A stretch of DNA of 64,000 nucleotides. It comes from Clostridia bacterium. Its GTDB lineage: Bacteria > Bacillota > Clostridia > JAAYHZ01. The notes beneath the pieces were generated by a model. It ran no database searches. It was given only the letters and a program-made list of their open reading frames with translations, and was not told the DNA's origin. How positions within the stretch are numbered: the first letter of the stretch is position 1; every line of letters starts with the position of its first letter. Below, one piece after another: positions 19,527-30,460 of this stretch. The DNA lies in the NCBI GenBank assembly GCA_050950825.1, contig JBMNIH010000011.1:79163-143162 (forward strand). The letters run 5' to 3'. Position numbers and translations under genes: made by a program.

Positions 19527-21353
19527 TTATTTATTCTCTACATAAGTACGATAGTACTCAAAGGTTTTAATTTCATCACGGTTCCAAATTTCCACCCATT
19601 TATCCAAGCCTGCAGCGTATATTTGCTCGATATATTGCTCCCATTCATTGTCGATATTGGCTATCTGCCCTTGATTGAATCGGGTGATAAAATCTTTATG
19701 AACCGCATTGATTTGGGCAGAGGTTTCTTCTTGTAACGTCTTAAATTCCTTGTACATTTCCATGGGCATTGTGAAGGCGGAATAGTACTTATCCGGTCGA
19801 ATCCACAAGCTGTCATCATAGAAGCCGCCGGGGTGATATTTATTCCAGAACTCAACCCATTGGACGGTGCAGGCATCAAAATTCATATAGATTTTGTAAT
19901 CGTTGATAAAATGCTGATTACCGAACTGCCCGAAGGTAGCCCCTTCTCCCCTGCCTTTGTATTGGGGCGGTATTTTTTCAGGGTCGGTAAATATCAAAGG
20001 ACTGTTGAATGGTTCTCCGGCCCATTTATAGTGAATATGCTCGATACCCCACTTGTAGCGTATCCAATCTTCTCCGAAATAGGTGTAGTCCAAAATTTGG
20101 AACAAACGAATCAGTTTTTCGTCGGATACATGAGCCGCTATGGGATAGGTTACGCTCGGATCCCAGTTGAATGTAGCATAAGGACGATACTTTCCGTTTT
20201 CACCGGGTACGGGAGTAATGACAAAACGAGCATCCGGATCCTGAAGCAGTATGGAAGCCGGCGGCCACTGTTCCATATCCGCATAGGTACCCAATATTCG
20301 GTAACCGCTTCTTGTGTTCATATAACCTACTTTACCGGTCGCCCATATGGACTGCAAATCGGCGGCATTTACGCTTCTTAAAAATCCTTTGTCCAGCATT
20401 TCTCTTACATACTGCAAGTAATCACGGTAAGGAGTATAGGCGTAATACGGAACAAAATCTCCAGTGACAGGGTCTTTATAGAAGTGAGAATCGTCCTTGT
20501 CATATCCGAACATATTGTATGTAATGTAGCTGTCGTTGATGGAGCCGGTAAAGGTCGATCCGTAGGTATCGTCTACGCCGTTGTCGTCCGGATCATCCTC
20601 GGTAAAAGCTCTTAATATTTCTTTTACATCGTCCAAAGAAAATTTCGTGGTACTGAAATATACCGTATCGTCCCATTCCGGTTTTACCACGCTTTTCATG
20701 GGAGTTAAGTTTTCCGGTTCATAACCGATATTCTCCAGCCAATCCAAGCGCCACAAAGGTACATATCCGGTATGCGTTGCACGAGGAGTCAAAGCCGTTA
20801 ATCCGTAGTACAAATCTTCCGTCCCCTCTACCCTGTTCATATGAAAGCCGACGGCATCCTCTAACATTTTCTTGTAATAGCCGGGGTAGTATTGCTTAAT
20901 CAAATTCAAAGGTACGGTTCTTCCTAAGCCTTGTTCCACCATATACACGCCGGATTTGTAATAAAAGCCGTAGTCCGGTACGTCTCCCGCCGCCAACATC
21001 ATATCCACTTGCTCATTGGCACCGGATTTTACAAGGATATCCCAGAAGTTAAATTTCACATTGAACTTTTCCTCCAGCTCGACTTTATCCCAGCGTCCTT
21101 CCACGAACTCCGGATTGCCGAGAAAATTAAACTCAAATTTCTCCGCAAAGGGGTTCTCTATAACCGTTGTCGTCTCCGACGTTGTCGTTTTTGGTTCCGG
21201 TGCCTTCGTTGTTGTCACGGCTTTTGTTGTTTGCACCGAGCTTACAGACGATTCGCTGCTTTCGGAAGGATTTTTTTCGCTGCTTGTGTTACAAGCCGCA
21301 AAGTTAAGAATAACAGCCGTTACCATTAATAATATGAACGCTTTTTTCATCAT
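19527..21353 (-). CDS. ABC transporter solute-binding lipoprotein (carbohydrate, LplA-like)
   Basis: Lipobox FAAC, Ser/Thr linker, MLAAGDVPD, RLDWLENIG, DDPDDNGVDDTYG, WGIEHIHY. Confidence 0.88.
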   Translation of the reverse strand: MMKKAFILLMVTAVILNFAACNTSSEKNPSESSESSVSSVQTTKAVTTTKAPEPKTTTSETTTVIENPFAEKFEFNFLGNPEFVEGRWDKVELEEKFNVKFNFWDILVKSGANEQVDMMLAAGDVPDYGFYYKSGVYMVEQGLGRTVPLNLIKQYYPGYYKKMLEDAVGFHMNRVEGTEDLYYGLTALTPRATHTGYVPLWRLDWLENIGYEPENLTPMKSVVKPEWDDTVYFSTTKFSLDDVKEILRAFTEDDPDDNGVDDTYGSTFTGSINDSYITYNMFGYDKDDSHFYKDPVTGDFVPYYAYTPYRDYLQYVREMLDKGFLRSVNAADLQSIWATGKVGYMNTRSGYRILGTYADMEQWPPASILLQDPDARFVITPVPGENGKYRPYATFNWDPSVTYPIAAHVSDEKLIRLFQILDYTYFGEDWIRYKWGIEHIHYKWAGEPFNSPLIFTDPEKIPPQYKGRGEGATFGQFGNQHFINDYKIYMNFDACTVQWVEFWNKYHPGGFYDDSLWIRPDKYYSAFTMPMEMYKEFKTLQEETSAQINAVHKDFITRFNQGQIANIDNEWEQYIEQIYAAGLDKWVEIWNRDEIKTFEYYRTYVENK

Positions 21354-21358
21354 TTTCA

Positions 21359-21858
21359 CCTCCCTAATAATACTTTGATTTTCTTTGAATATCTCACTCA
21401 TTCTTAGATTTTCTCATTTTTCAAGATGAGCCACATGGACAGACAATACATTGTTGCATAATTATGGATTCCATAGTGCATACTAATTAAACCTGCGTCG
21501 TTTTGCTGTTTTACGGCCATTAGTATCCACACATTCTCCGGTGGCAACCCTCCCATGTCTAACGGGGTCATAGCCCTTAATTCCTTCGTTCTGCCTGCCC
21601 ATGGAGGTGGATGTCAGTCAAGCTCCTTCACGGGGTCATTGCCCTTATGGTGAAAATTCATCCCGACTATCCGGCTCTTCTTGTCAATGTTCAATCTATA
21701 ATGAATGAATAGTGAAAACTTGAGTTTTACTCTGTCCCCTTGCACCGCTTAGTTACTTCCGTCATTGCTCGAGGAAGACTGTCAAGGGTCGGCGCAAGCC
21801 GAACGCAGTCTTGCCCTTGACCGTCTTACGAGAGCAATGTATCCTTCCATAAGCCTCC
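21359..21858 (-). mobile_element. Non-autonomous 495-bp IS110/IS1111-like element without a recombinase ORF, inserted in a Shine-Dalgarno sequence
   Basis: Flanked by a CCTCC (GGAGG on minus) direct repeat at 21359-63 and 21854-58; excision restores AAAGAAAAGGAGGTGAAAATG; contains a duplicated 18-nt motif and guide-like segments matching the insertion site. Confidence 0.75.
21530..21680 (-). ncRNA. Putative bridge/seek RNA (boundaries approximate)
   Basis: Stem AGUCGGG/CUUGACU closing an internal loop with AUUUUCACC and GAAGGAG around a GGG...CCC hairpin; a second related module with stem CCUCCAUG/CAUGGGAGG. Confidence 0.65.
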
Positions 21859-22089
21859 TTTTCTTTACACGTAAAATCCGCAATGACGATGTTCTCTATG
21901 TTCTCTATCTTTTCGTCATCGACCGGTCGAATTGATATCTTTTACAACATTTTACCTAATTTTCGATAATGAAAAAAAAGGAACGAAAATGACATGTTTT
22001 TTTAAACAATGACTATAAATTACACAAAGGAAAGAGATTTATTAAATTATGAGAATGGAAGGAAATAATCGACATCAAAAGTAAGGATT

Positions 22090-22977
22090 TTATTCCGTAT
22101 GTTGTTTTCGGTATTCTTTGGGCGTTAATCCGGTGATTTGTTTAAATTTTCGAAAGAAATAGTTGGAATTATTAAATCCCACCATATCCGATATTTCCGC
22201 TACCGTATACGGTTTATTTTTCAATAAATAGCAGGCATGATGGATTCGGTGCTGTGTAAGCTTTTTTGAAAAAGTGACGCCGTAGGATTCTTGTAGAATT
22301 CGTGTCAATTGGCGAACACTCAAATGCATGATTCGAGCCAAATCCTCCACTTTTATATCCTGCATATAGAAAGAATTAAAAAATCCGTCAATAAAGGCTT
22401 CCCTGTTTTCCTGGGTATATTTGAAAAACGGCTTGCTTTCTTCTCCGGTTGTACTGAAGACCTCTCTTAGTATACTAATGATCAGCTGTATAAAACCGCT
22501 TCGAATCACGGCGGTATAACCTAGCTTCGGATTTTCGAATTCTTTTATGATACGCTCAACCATATGAATTTGCTCGGTATTGTCACGGAAGATATAGTAT
22601 TTGTCAATTTGATCGGCGTAATTAAATATCTCGGAATAAATCCCGCTTTTCGGCTCAATGCTGAATCGAAAACTGCATCGGGATGTGCTTTCTTGGGAAA
22701 TGTTCATGATGGAATGGTATACACGAGGGCAAATAATTAAGCAACTTCCGGCATGCAATAGGATTTCCTTGTGGTCCACGTTAAATTGATGCTCTCCGCT
22801 CTTTATGAAATGTACCTCATACACGGGATGATTGTGAAAGGATACGGTCCACGACCCGGATCCGAAAAAGCTTTTGTTTAAATATACTCGCAAAAGAGCA
22901 TCCTGAATATCCGCTTCGAAGTTGTATGTCTTCGTATCGTTCATTTTTTCTATTGGAAGGCTTTCCGAACAATTCAT
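22090..22977 (-). CDS. AraC-family transcriptional regulator (cupin sensor)
   Basis: HNHPVYEVHFI cupin motif; VGFNNSNYFFRKFKQITGLTPKEYR HTH. Confidence 0.92.
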   Translation of the reverse strand: MNCSESLPIEKMNDTKTYNFEADIQDALLRVYLNKSFFGSGSWTVSFHNHPVYEVHFIKSGEHQFNVDHKEILLHAGSCLIICPRVYHSIMNISQESTSRCSFRFSIEPKSGIYSEIFNYADQIDKYYIFRDNTEQIHMVERIIKEFENPKLGYTAVIRSGFIQLIISILREVFSTTGEESKPFFKYTQENREAFIDGFFNSFYMQDIKVEDLARIMHLSVRQLTRILQESYGVTFSKKLTQHRIHHACYLLKNKPYTVAEISDMVGFNNSNYFFRKFKQITGLTPKEYRKQHTE

Positions 22978-23369
22978 CTTATCACCCGTGAATTATGGCA
23001 GAATAAATAAATTTCCTATACTTTCATTTTACTACCAAACCTTTTTCACTACAAGGCGTACCGCTTTGGAAATATATATTGCGCGAAGACATCGGGTTTT
23101 ATGATTCCGAGCGATTTTAGACAGCCGAAAAAACATCCGTACCAAGATACCCTTGTCCTGTTTTCATTTGTTTGTTTGGTTTATTCACATCTTTGCTTAT
23201 AAAACGTTTATCGGTATTTTGATTTTGGCTCCTGTCCGGGTACAGGCGCATTGGTTTCGGTCGATACATACATGGGATATATGGGAAATCAAGTGATGAG
23301 TGGGGTCAAAGCGGATCGCAATGGAATCACAGTTTGCAATAAAGGTAGTCAAACAGGAGGGTTGAGTCC

Positions 23370-25013
23370 ATGAAGTTATTTAAAAAATGGTGGTTCCTGG
23401 TCGTTACTGTTGTTATTGTTTTTATAATTATCATTCCCAAGGATGGAAATGTTCAGCAATCATCGACAGATCGAATATCAACATCCTCTGTTGCCACGAC
23501 AACCGGCATCACAACTCAAGCAATAAAAGAGGAAACAACCGAGAATAAAACAACGATATCTTCATCTATAACCGAAGTAACAACACAGAAAACAGAGAAA
23601 CAAGAAACTATAAAATCCGAAACTTCAGTAACAGCTGACACATCGACTGCCGATACAGCCGTCACAACAACCGCAGAAACTGCCGTTAAGCCGGTGACAG
23701 AATCCACAACAAAGCCCATATCCGAAACAACATCGAAGCAAACAACCGAAGCATCAACCAAGCCGATAACCGAGACGACAACCAAGGCAGTCACGGAAAC
23801 TACAACAACGGCTGTAACCGGACCTGCCGTATCACCGGTAGCGGATAATCCGTTGGATGAAATACAAGTTTACTTTTTCGATGTCGGTTAAGCCGATTGC
23901 ATATTAATTAAAACCGATGAAGCGGCAATGCTAATAGACGCAGGAAATGACAACGACGGCATCGGTCTTGTATCGTATTTAACCGATCCGGGCATCGATC
24001 ATTTCGATGTTTTGGTAGCGACACACCCGCACGAGGATCATATCGGCGGTATGGATGAAATTATTAATGCTTTTGGAGCTTCCGTAATTTTTATGCCAGA
24101 CGTGCAGTACGACTCTAAAAATTATAATGATATGCTTTACGCAATTGAAAAAAATCATGTAGAAATCGTATACCCGAACGTTATGGACACGTTTTCACTT
24201 GACGGCATTTTATTCACGGTTTTATCTCCTGCAAGTGACTATTATGACGATTTAAACGATTACAGCATTGTCCTTCGGATGGATTATAATGATATCTCAT
24301 TTCTTTTCACCGGTGATGCGGAAACAAAGGCCGAAACGGAAATGCGAACAAATGACAATTTGAATCTTGATGTTGACGTTCTTAAAGCAAGCCTTCATGG
24401 GTCCGGTACAAGCAGCACTGCACAGTTCGTATATAAAGCCGGCCCTCGGTATGTAGTCATATCCGTCGGTGCCAATAATTCTTACGGACACCCGGATAAC
24501 ATTGTTTTAAATCGCTTTATAACTTACGGTGTCGAGGAAATTTACAGAAGCGACAAGGACGGTACGATTATAGCTGTGACGAACGGGTCTTCTATTGCAT
24601 TTTCTACGATTGACACCGATATAGACGGTAGAGGATCAACAGGTGCACCCGCTGTTACGACACCGGCCGTAACGACTCCGGTCGTAACTACATCGGCAAC
24701 AACGGCACCGATAACAAGCACAAAGACTGTAGAAATAGTGAAAGTGGATAAAAAAGCAGAGATAGTAACCATTAGGAACAATACCTCGAATGATATCAAT
24801 ATGACCGGTTGGAGATTGGTTTCCGTAAAGGGAAATCAAGTTTTCAACTTTCCTGCAAATTATATTTTAAAAGCAAATAGTACGGTAACGATATCTTCGG
24901 GCGATTCGGCAGGAGATTTGCAATGGACGAAGGCCAACGTTTGGAATAATAGCGAATCCGATCCGGCAGAATTATACAACGGAACCGTTTTAATTGACAG
25001 GTGGGATGATTAG
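23370..25013 (+). pseudogene. ComEC/Rec2-like MBL hydrolase with Thr-rich linker and lamin-tail domain, broken by an in-frame TAA
   Basis: FFDVG*ADCILI (TAA at 23889-91 where Gln is expected), THPHEDHIGG, FTGDAE, YGHP; C-terminal MTGWRLVS...VWNN lamin-tail-like domain; the HHGS motif has decayed to LHGS. Confidence 0.85.
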
Positions 25014-25295
25014 TTTAAAAGAGTGTAAATATTTCCGTTGCGGCGGAGGTTCTTCCGCAAATTCGGGCATTTAGTTGGGGGAAAGTCAAGAACAAAGAGC
25101 CGGAAAGTGTCTTCCGCCGTCTTTCCTTAAGCCTTTTTTCATCAAAAAAAATTGCCGAATGTTGCAAATGAATTTTGTAGAACCCTCGTTAATTGCTATT
25201 GAAGGGCAAAGGCGTTAACGATATGATGTATGTATGCTCGAAATTCCTTGATAAATCGATAAATTCTAAGGATCAATCCATGGGAGGATCTCAAC

Positions 25296-26570
25296 ATGAT
25301 TTTTGGAGTGGCAAAAGAACTGATAACCCCGTATTTTAAAACCAATATTTCTTGTACCGGTGCTTTCGGATACCCCTTTGAAGGCATTCATGACGACGTT
25401 TACGTCAAAGCGGTGGTTCTGCAAGACGACAAAACAAAAGGCCTGATCATTGCTACCGATTTGTTGTTTCACAACCGAACCTTTTTCCTTTGGGCAAAAG
25501 AATACGCAAACAAGAAATACAATGTGCCGAAGGAACAAGTTGTGGTGAATCATTCTCACAACCATAACGCGCCTTCTTGCTTCGGATACGATGATGACCA
25601 CGTATCCCAAGAATACGAAGACTTCTTAAAGGAAAGATTGGAAAGGTGCATCGACAGAGCCTTTGCCAATACCTTTGAAGGCGAAATGTCCTATACCGCC
25701 GTAGAAGAATATTTCTTGAACATCAATAGGCGTCGGCTTATGGATGACGGTACCATCCAAAACCGTCCGAATCCGTTAGGACCGAAAGACAGCATGGTGG
25801 ATATTCTAAAAGTATGCGATAAAAAGGGGAGAATACGCATCCTTATGGTATGCTACTCTTGCCATCCCGCCACATACCCGGATCTGTTGGAAATCAGCTC
25901 CGAATACCCGGGCAGGCTGTGCCATAAGCTGGAAGATACATTCTACGGATGTACCGCCGTATTCTTACAAGGCTCCGGCGGAAATGTAAAGACCAACATA
26001 TCTTCAAGAGGAGATCGATATGTACGGACGACATACGATGAAATCGACGAAATGGCAATGATATTGCAAAGCAAGATAACAAAAGCCATATTAAATCAAC
26101 CGTTTTCCAAAGTGGACTTGGACCTTGGCGGAGTCGAGTTTGAGATTCCTTTGGAAGTCGAGCCGGCACCGAGAGAATATTTCCAAAACGCTATCGGCAA
26201 AAGGCCTTCAAAGCCTTTATTGGATCGTAACGCCATAAGAATTCTTGAAAACTACGATACCATGGAAAGCACCGTGATCCTGCACGGCGGAATATTGAAG
26301 CTTTCATCGGATCTGTGCATTGCCCATACGGGAGGAGAACCCTGCTACGAAGTGGAAGAAATCGTAACAAAAGCGCTGGAAAACATAAAAGTAATATTCT
26401 CCGGATATTCCGATGCCATCGCCTACATTCCTACGGACAAGCTGATACCCGAGGGCGGGTACGAGGTGGACAGCTTCTTGGAATACGGAAACAAAGGGCC
26501 CTTTAAAATCGGAATCGATCAAAAAGTATACGACGCCTTCAACAGCGGAAAAAAGAAGTTGTTTGGATAA
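25296..26570 (+). CDS. Neutral/alkaline ceramidase-like amidohydrolase
   Basis: GIHDDVYVKA, HSHNHNAP, YSCHP, ISSEYPG, FLQGSGGN, EGGYE. Confidence 0.75.
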   Translation: MIFGVAKELITPYFKTNISCTGAFGYPFEGIHDDVYVKAVVLQDDKTKGLIIATDLLFHNRTFFLWAKEYANKKYNVPKEQVVVNHSHNHNAPSCFGYDDDHVSQEYEDFLKERLERCIDRAFANTFEGEMSYTAVEEYFLNINRRRLMDDGTIQNRPNPLGPKDSMVDILKVCDKKGRIRILMVCYSCHPATYPDLLEISSEYPGRLCHKLEDTFYGCTAVFLQGSGGNVKTNISSRGDRYVRTTYDEIDEMAMILQSKITKAILNQPFSKVDLDLGGVEFEIPLEVEPAPREYFQNAIGKRPSKPLLDRNAIRILENYDTMESTVILHGGILKLSSDLCIAHTGGEPCYEVEEIVTKALENIKVIFSGYSDAIAYIPTDKLIPEGGYEVDSFLEYGNKGPFKIGIDQKVYDAFNSGKKKLFG

Positions 26571-26650
26571 TAAAGAATTTAAGAAAAACAAGATACGAAC
26601 AGCCGGGCCGAACTTATCCTCGGCTGTTCCGTTTTGTTGCAAGTAAAAAT

Positions 26651-26956
26651 CTATTGTATAATATGATTTGCAAAAGGCTTAAAAATTTCAATTTTAATTG
26701 CGGTAAAGCCCGTGATTGCAAGAATCGTTCGTCCATACGGATTGGCGTATATGATATTGAAAAAAGGCATCGCATCCTGTCGGTACATTTGAAAATAATG
26801 AATGGCGAAGTACATGGATACGATAAAAAATACGAAGGTAACAATTTTTTCGGCTTTCTTCCAAACCGAATAAAGAGGAAGTCTTTTGGCTTTCGGAAAT
26901 TCTTTTACTTTTGCTTTTACAAAAGCCGTGCTTTCCTTCATGGAGACGATCTTCAT
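26651..26956 (-). CDS. Small hypothetical membrane protein
   Basis: GGGAGG upstream of ATG 26956; two hydrophobic segments; follows the phosphatase on the same strand. Confidence 0.4.
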   Translation of the reverse strand: MKIVSMKESTAFVKAKVKEFPKAKRLPLYSVWKKAEKIVTFVFFIVSMYFAIHYFQMYRQDAMPFFNIIYANPYGRTILAITGFTAIKIEIFKPFANHIIQ

Positions 26957-26984
26957 GTTCCCTTTTCCTCCCGGGACGGCCTCT

Positions 26985-27608
26985 TTAGGAATTGGCATCG
27001 GACTTTAAGTGGCTATGATCGTTTATGTAAAGCACCTTGCACTGATCGTTTTCAATGCGAAAACCGTTTAAACACGTATTGTGCTGAGCAAAGCGGATAC
27101 CGCTTGCAGGATCAAGCCCCAGCAGGGCGGAGATGAAAAGACCGTTAAAGGTTCCGTGAGCAACAATCAAAATCCTTTCGCTTTCTTGGAATCTGTCCTT
27201 GATATACTCGACCATGTATTTTGCCCGTATGTATCCGGTTTCTCTTGTTTCATTCCCGGGATCGACCCAGCCTTGGTCCGAGTCCAAGATCTCATCCATC
27301 AGCCGTATGCCCGGGAAACGCTCTTTCAGCACTTTTCCGGGAATGCCCGTATGCTTATCCAAGCCTCGCACCTCTCGTAAGTGAAAATGAACCTCCGGCT
27401 TGGTTTCACGATTGGAGCATACGATCCATGCGGTCTCCAGGGCACGGACTAAGGGACTGCACAAAATATGATCAAAATGCTCGTTTTCCAACCGCTTCGC
27501 CAAAAGCCGGGCTTGCCGTAATCCCTGCTCCGTCAATTCCGGATCCGGGCAATCGTAGTCCACAATATTTCCTAAGGATTCTCCGTGTCTTACAAGTACG
27601 ATTTCCAT
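26985..27608 (-). CDS. Histidine phosphatase family protein
   Basis: LVRHGES, CSPLVRA, VAHG motifs. Confidence 0.92.
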   Translation of the reverse strand: MEIVLVRHGESLGNIVDYDCPDPELTEQGLRQARLLAKRLENEHFDHILCSPLVRALETAWIVCSNRETKPEVHFHLREVRGLDKHTGIPGKVLKERFPGIRLMDEILDSDQGWVDPGNETRETGYIRAKYMVEYIKDRFQESERILIVAHGTFNGLFISALLGLDPASGIRFAQHNTCLNGFRIENDQCKVLYINDHSHLKSDANS

Positions 27609-27778
27609 TTTTACTTTTAACTCCCGTATTACGTTTTTTCTTTATTTCATTCGTCTTTGTTTCCCATTATACCGGCGGACGGGAATAGGAAGAATAAATA
27701 TTTTTTAAACGTTCGAGAAAATCGACAAAAGAAAACCCCCTCCATGCTTTTCCGTCGCACTTCGGGGGTATACACTCT

Positions 27779-28624
27779 TTAGATTTTTTCTACCGGCAGC
27801 CAAATCTCGCAATATTGATCGTCCGGGTTATCCGTAGGCGGAGTGTACATTTCCACGATATATTTTCCTCCAAGCTTATACTCCTTGCAGCTCGGAAGCC
27901 ATTCGCTCCAAATCCTCGTGTTTACATCCTGCAAGGATTTCGGAAGCCTTCCTCTGCAGGGGAACACCGCCCATGTTCCCGCGGGGATCACTCTCGTTTC
28001 GAAGCCTTCGGGGACCTCGTTCCACGGAAGATAATTGTCGGCAATCATATAGTCGAATTTTGTCCCGTCGCCGTCCGCCCATATGCCGTACATTCCGCAA
28101 ACAAATTTACCGTCTTCGCTATTGAAATGTTCATTCCAATATTTCGGGATCATTTCGTATGCCGTTTCGGGGTAAAAGGTTTTCTACTTCCCCATCACCG
28201 TAAACTGCGCCTTTTCTACGATCTTGTACTCCAACATGGTACCGCCCTCCAACGTTACTTTGATTTTGAGACGTGCAAAGGATTTTAAACTTGCACCCTT
28301 TGCTTTTGCAGCCGAAGGAGAAATCCCGTGGAACCTTGTGAATGCTCGGGTAAAGCTGTCGGGAGAATCGTAACCGTATTTAAGAGCAACATCGATAATC
28401 TTTGCATCGGTACTCGATAATTCCTCTGCCGCCATGCTGAGCCTTCGATTTCGAATATACTCTCCTACGGAAAAACCGCACAGGACGCCGAATATTCTTT
28501 GAAAATAGAACGGGGAAATGTACGCTTTTTCGGCAATATCCCGGATATCAAGCTCTTCCGTCAGATGATCCTCCATATACTCAATGGCATTTTGGATACC
28601 CTCAATCCATTCGATCATGTTCAA
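27779..28624 (-). pseudogene. AraC/Rob-type regulator with GyrI-like domain, split by an in-frame TAG
   Basis: HTH ORF 28184-28624 and GyrI-like ORF 27779-28153 are in the same frame; stop at 28184-86. Confidence 0.82.
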
Positions 28625-28703
28625 TCCCTCTTCGACTTTATTTACATGATACCGGTTCGGTACTCCCTAATCCCGACTTTTTATGCTATCTGCTGCAGGA
28701 ACT

Positions 28704-30272
28704 TTACGCTTCGGCGTATTCAATCCTGTTTCTTCCGGACAGCTTCGCTTTGTACATCAAACGGTCGGCGATGGCCACAATCTCTTCTACGGACCTGTCC
28801 CTCTCGTACCGGACGGTAGCCACTCCCAAGCTTGCGGTAACGTATTCGCAAACGGGAGATTTTTTATGCTCTATTTTAAGGTCCCGAATCGTCTTTCGAA
28901 TTTTATCCGCTATCTTCACGGCGGCATGAACGTCCGTATCCGGCAATATGCAGGCAAACTCTTCTCCTCCGTAGCGAGCCGCCAAATCCACGGACCGGCT
29001 GATGCAGTCCGCCAACACTTTGCCGATTTGGCGCAAACATTCGTCTCCCGCAATATGGCCGTAATGGTCGTTGTATTCCTTAAAATGGTCGATATCCAGC
29101 ATGATGACGGATAAGTAAGAGTTCGTACGGCTGAGTCTGGAATACTCCCGTTCCAACGTCATATCGAAGTTTCTTCGGTTTGCGATTCCCGTAAGGCCGT
29201 CCGTGTTGCTTAATTCCGTCAATAGGCGATTGGATTCGGCTAAAAGAAGCTCCATTTCCTTTCTGTCGTTAATGTCCGTCAGCATGGCAAAAGAGCCCTC
29301 GAATCTTCCGTATTCGTCAATCAAAGCCTTTGCGGAAACCAAAAACCAATGTCTTTCCTTGTTCTTTGTTAACAAGCAAACCTCATACACCGAATCGTCG
29401 CCTTTTTTCCGAAGCGATTCCTGTTGCCTGTATATATCAAGCAGGTCCTCGGGAAACAAGGAGACGTAGGACATGCCGATCATTTCTTCTACGGTGTGTC
29501 CTAAGCTTGAAGCCATGTTTTGATTGGCAAAAGTTATTTCTTAATTTTCATTGAAGATGAGAATACCTTCGATAGAGGTCTCCACGATTCGTTGGAATCG
29601 AACTTCGCTTTCGATTAAGCTTTGCTGCATCTCCAATACCTTCAAATCGCTTCTTTCCTTCGATATCATCAAAAGTAAAAAGGCGCTCATCAAGAACATG
29701 CAAAAGCTTAACCCGGGTATGACGGCGGATATGATGCCGCCTTCCAATCCCATGGCAATATCCGGCAGTATAAAGCAAACCACAGAGCCGATCAGAAAAA
29801 CCGATCCCGTCACGAAGTAGCATACACCTAAAATCATTCGCATCGGAAATTTCAGATCGGATTTACCGAGCAAGAAAAAACCGGGCAGAAAGTAGAAAAC
29901 GCTTTGGAGAAGAAAAAAGACGCCTACTCCATAGGGGGCAACGAGAAAGTAAGCGAGGTTGCATGCGAATATTATCACGATGAGGGTTGCAAGATGTACT
30001 TTTCTTTTTATGGATTGCCCCAATAAAATTCGTACGGCCCACGCTTCATAGGCACAGCCCGCTAGAAGAGACAAATTGGCCGGCACGGTTAAAAAGTCAA
30101 ACCGATCGGTTCGAAGATAAAGCAACAAAAAACCTATACCTTGCAGTATTTTAGCCAGTATCCAATAAGGCACCTTTTGGGGGTTGTTTTTGTTGTGTTT
30201 AAAGGCTACCAATAAAAGACCGAATAAAAAAGATCCGATCGCCAACATGAGCATTACAGTATTTACGTCCAC
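28704..30272 (-). pseudogene. Membrane sensor-PAS-GGDEF diguanylate cyclase split by an in-frame TAA
   Basis: Multi-TM ORF and PAS/GGEEF ORF in the same frame; stop at 29541-43 inside the PAS start (EGILIFNEN*EITFAN). Confidence 0.85.
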
Positions 30273-30460
30273 GCTATTACCCTCACAAAAAAGCAGTCAA
30301 TATACAAGCGGTTTGAAATAACGAATGAATATATATTCCTTTCACCGAGTATAATCATTGATATTATTAGTCAATTTTTCGGGATATGCAAGAAAAAATG
30401 AAACACACCGTAAAGGAATTCCGATTCCATTCGTCGTATTTCAAAAAACAAATCTTCCTG

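Noticed and set aside
21782-21850. RBS plus 22-codon ORF MEGYIALVRRSRARLRSACADP on minus
   Set aside because: The RBS is the duplicated target site and the ORF runs through the end hairpin; likely a by-product of insertion
23889-29543. Stop-codon recoding as the cause of the in-frame stops
   Set aside because: Both TAA and TAG are involved and both end normal genes in this window
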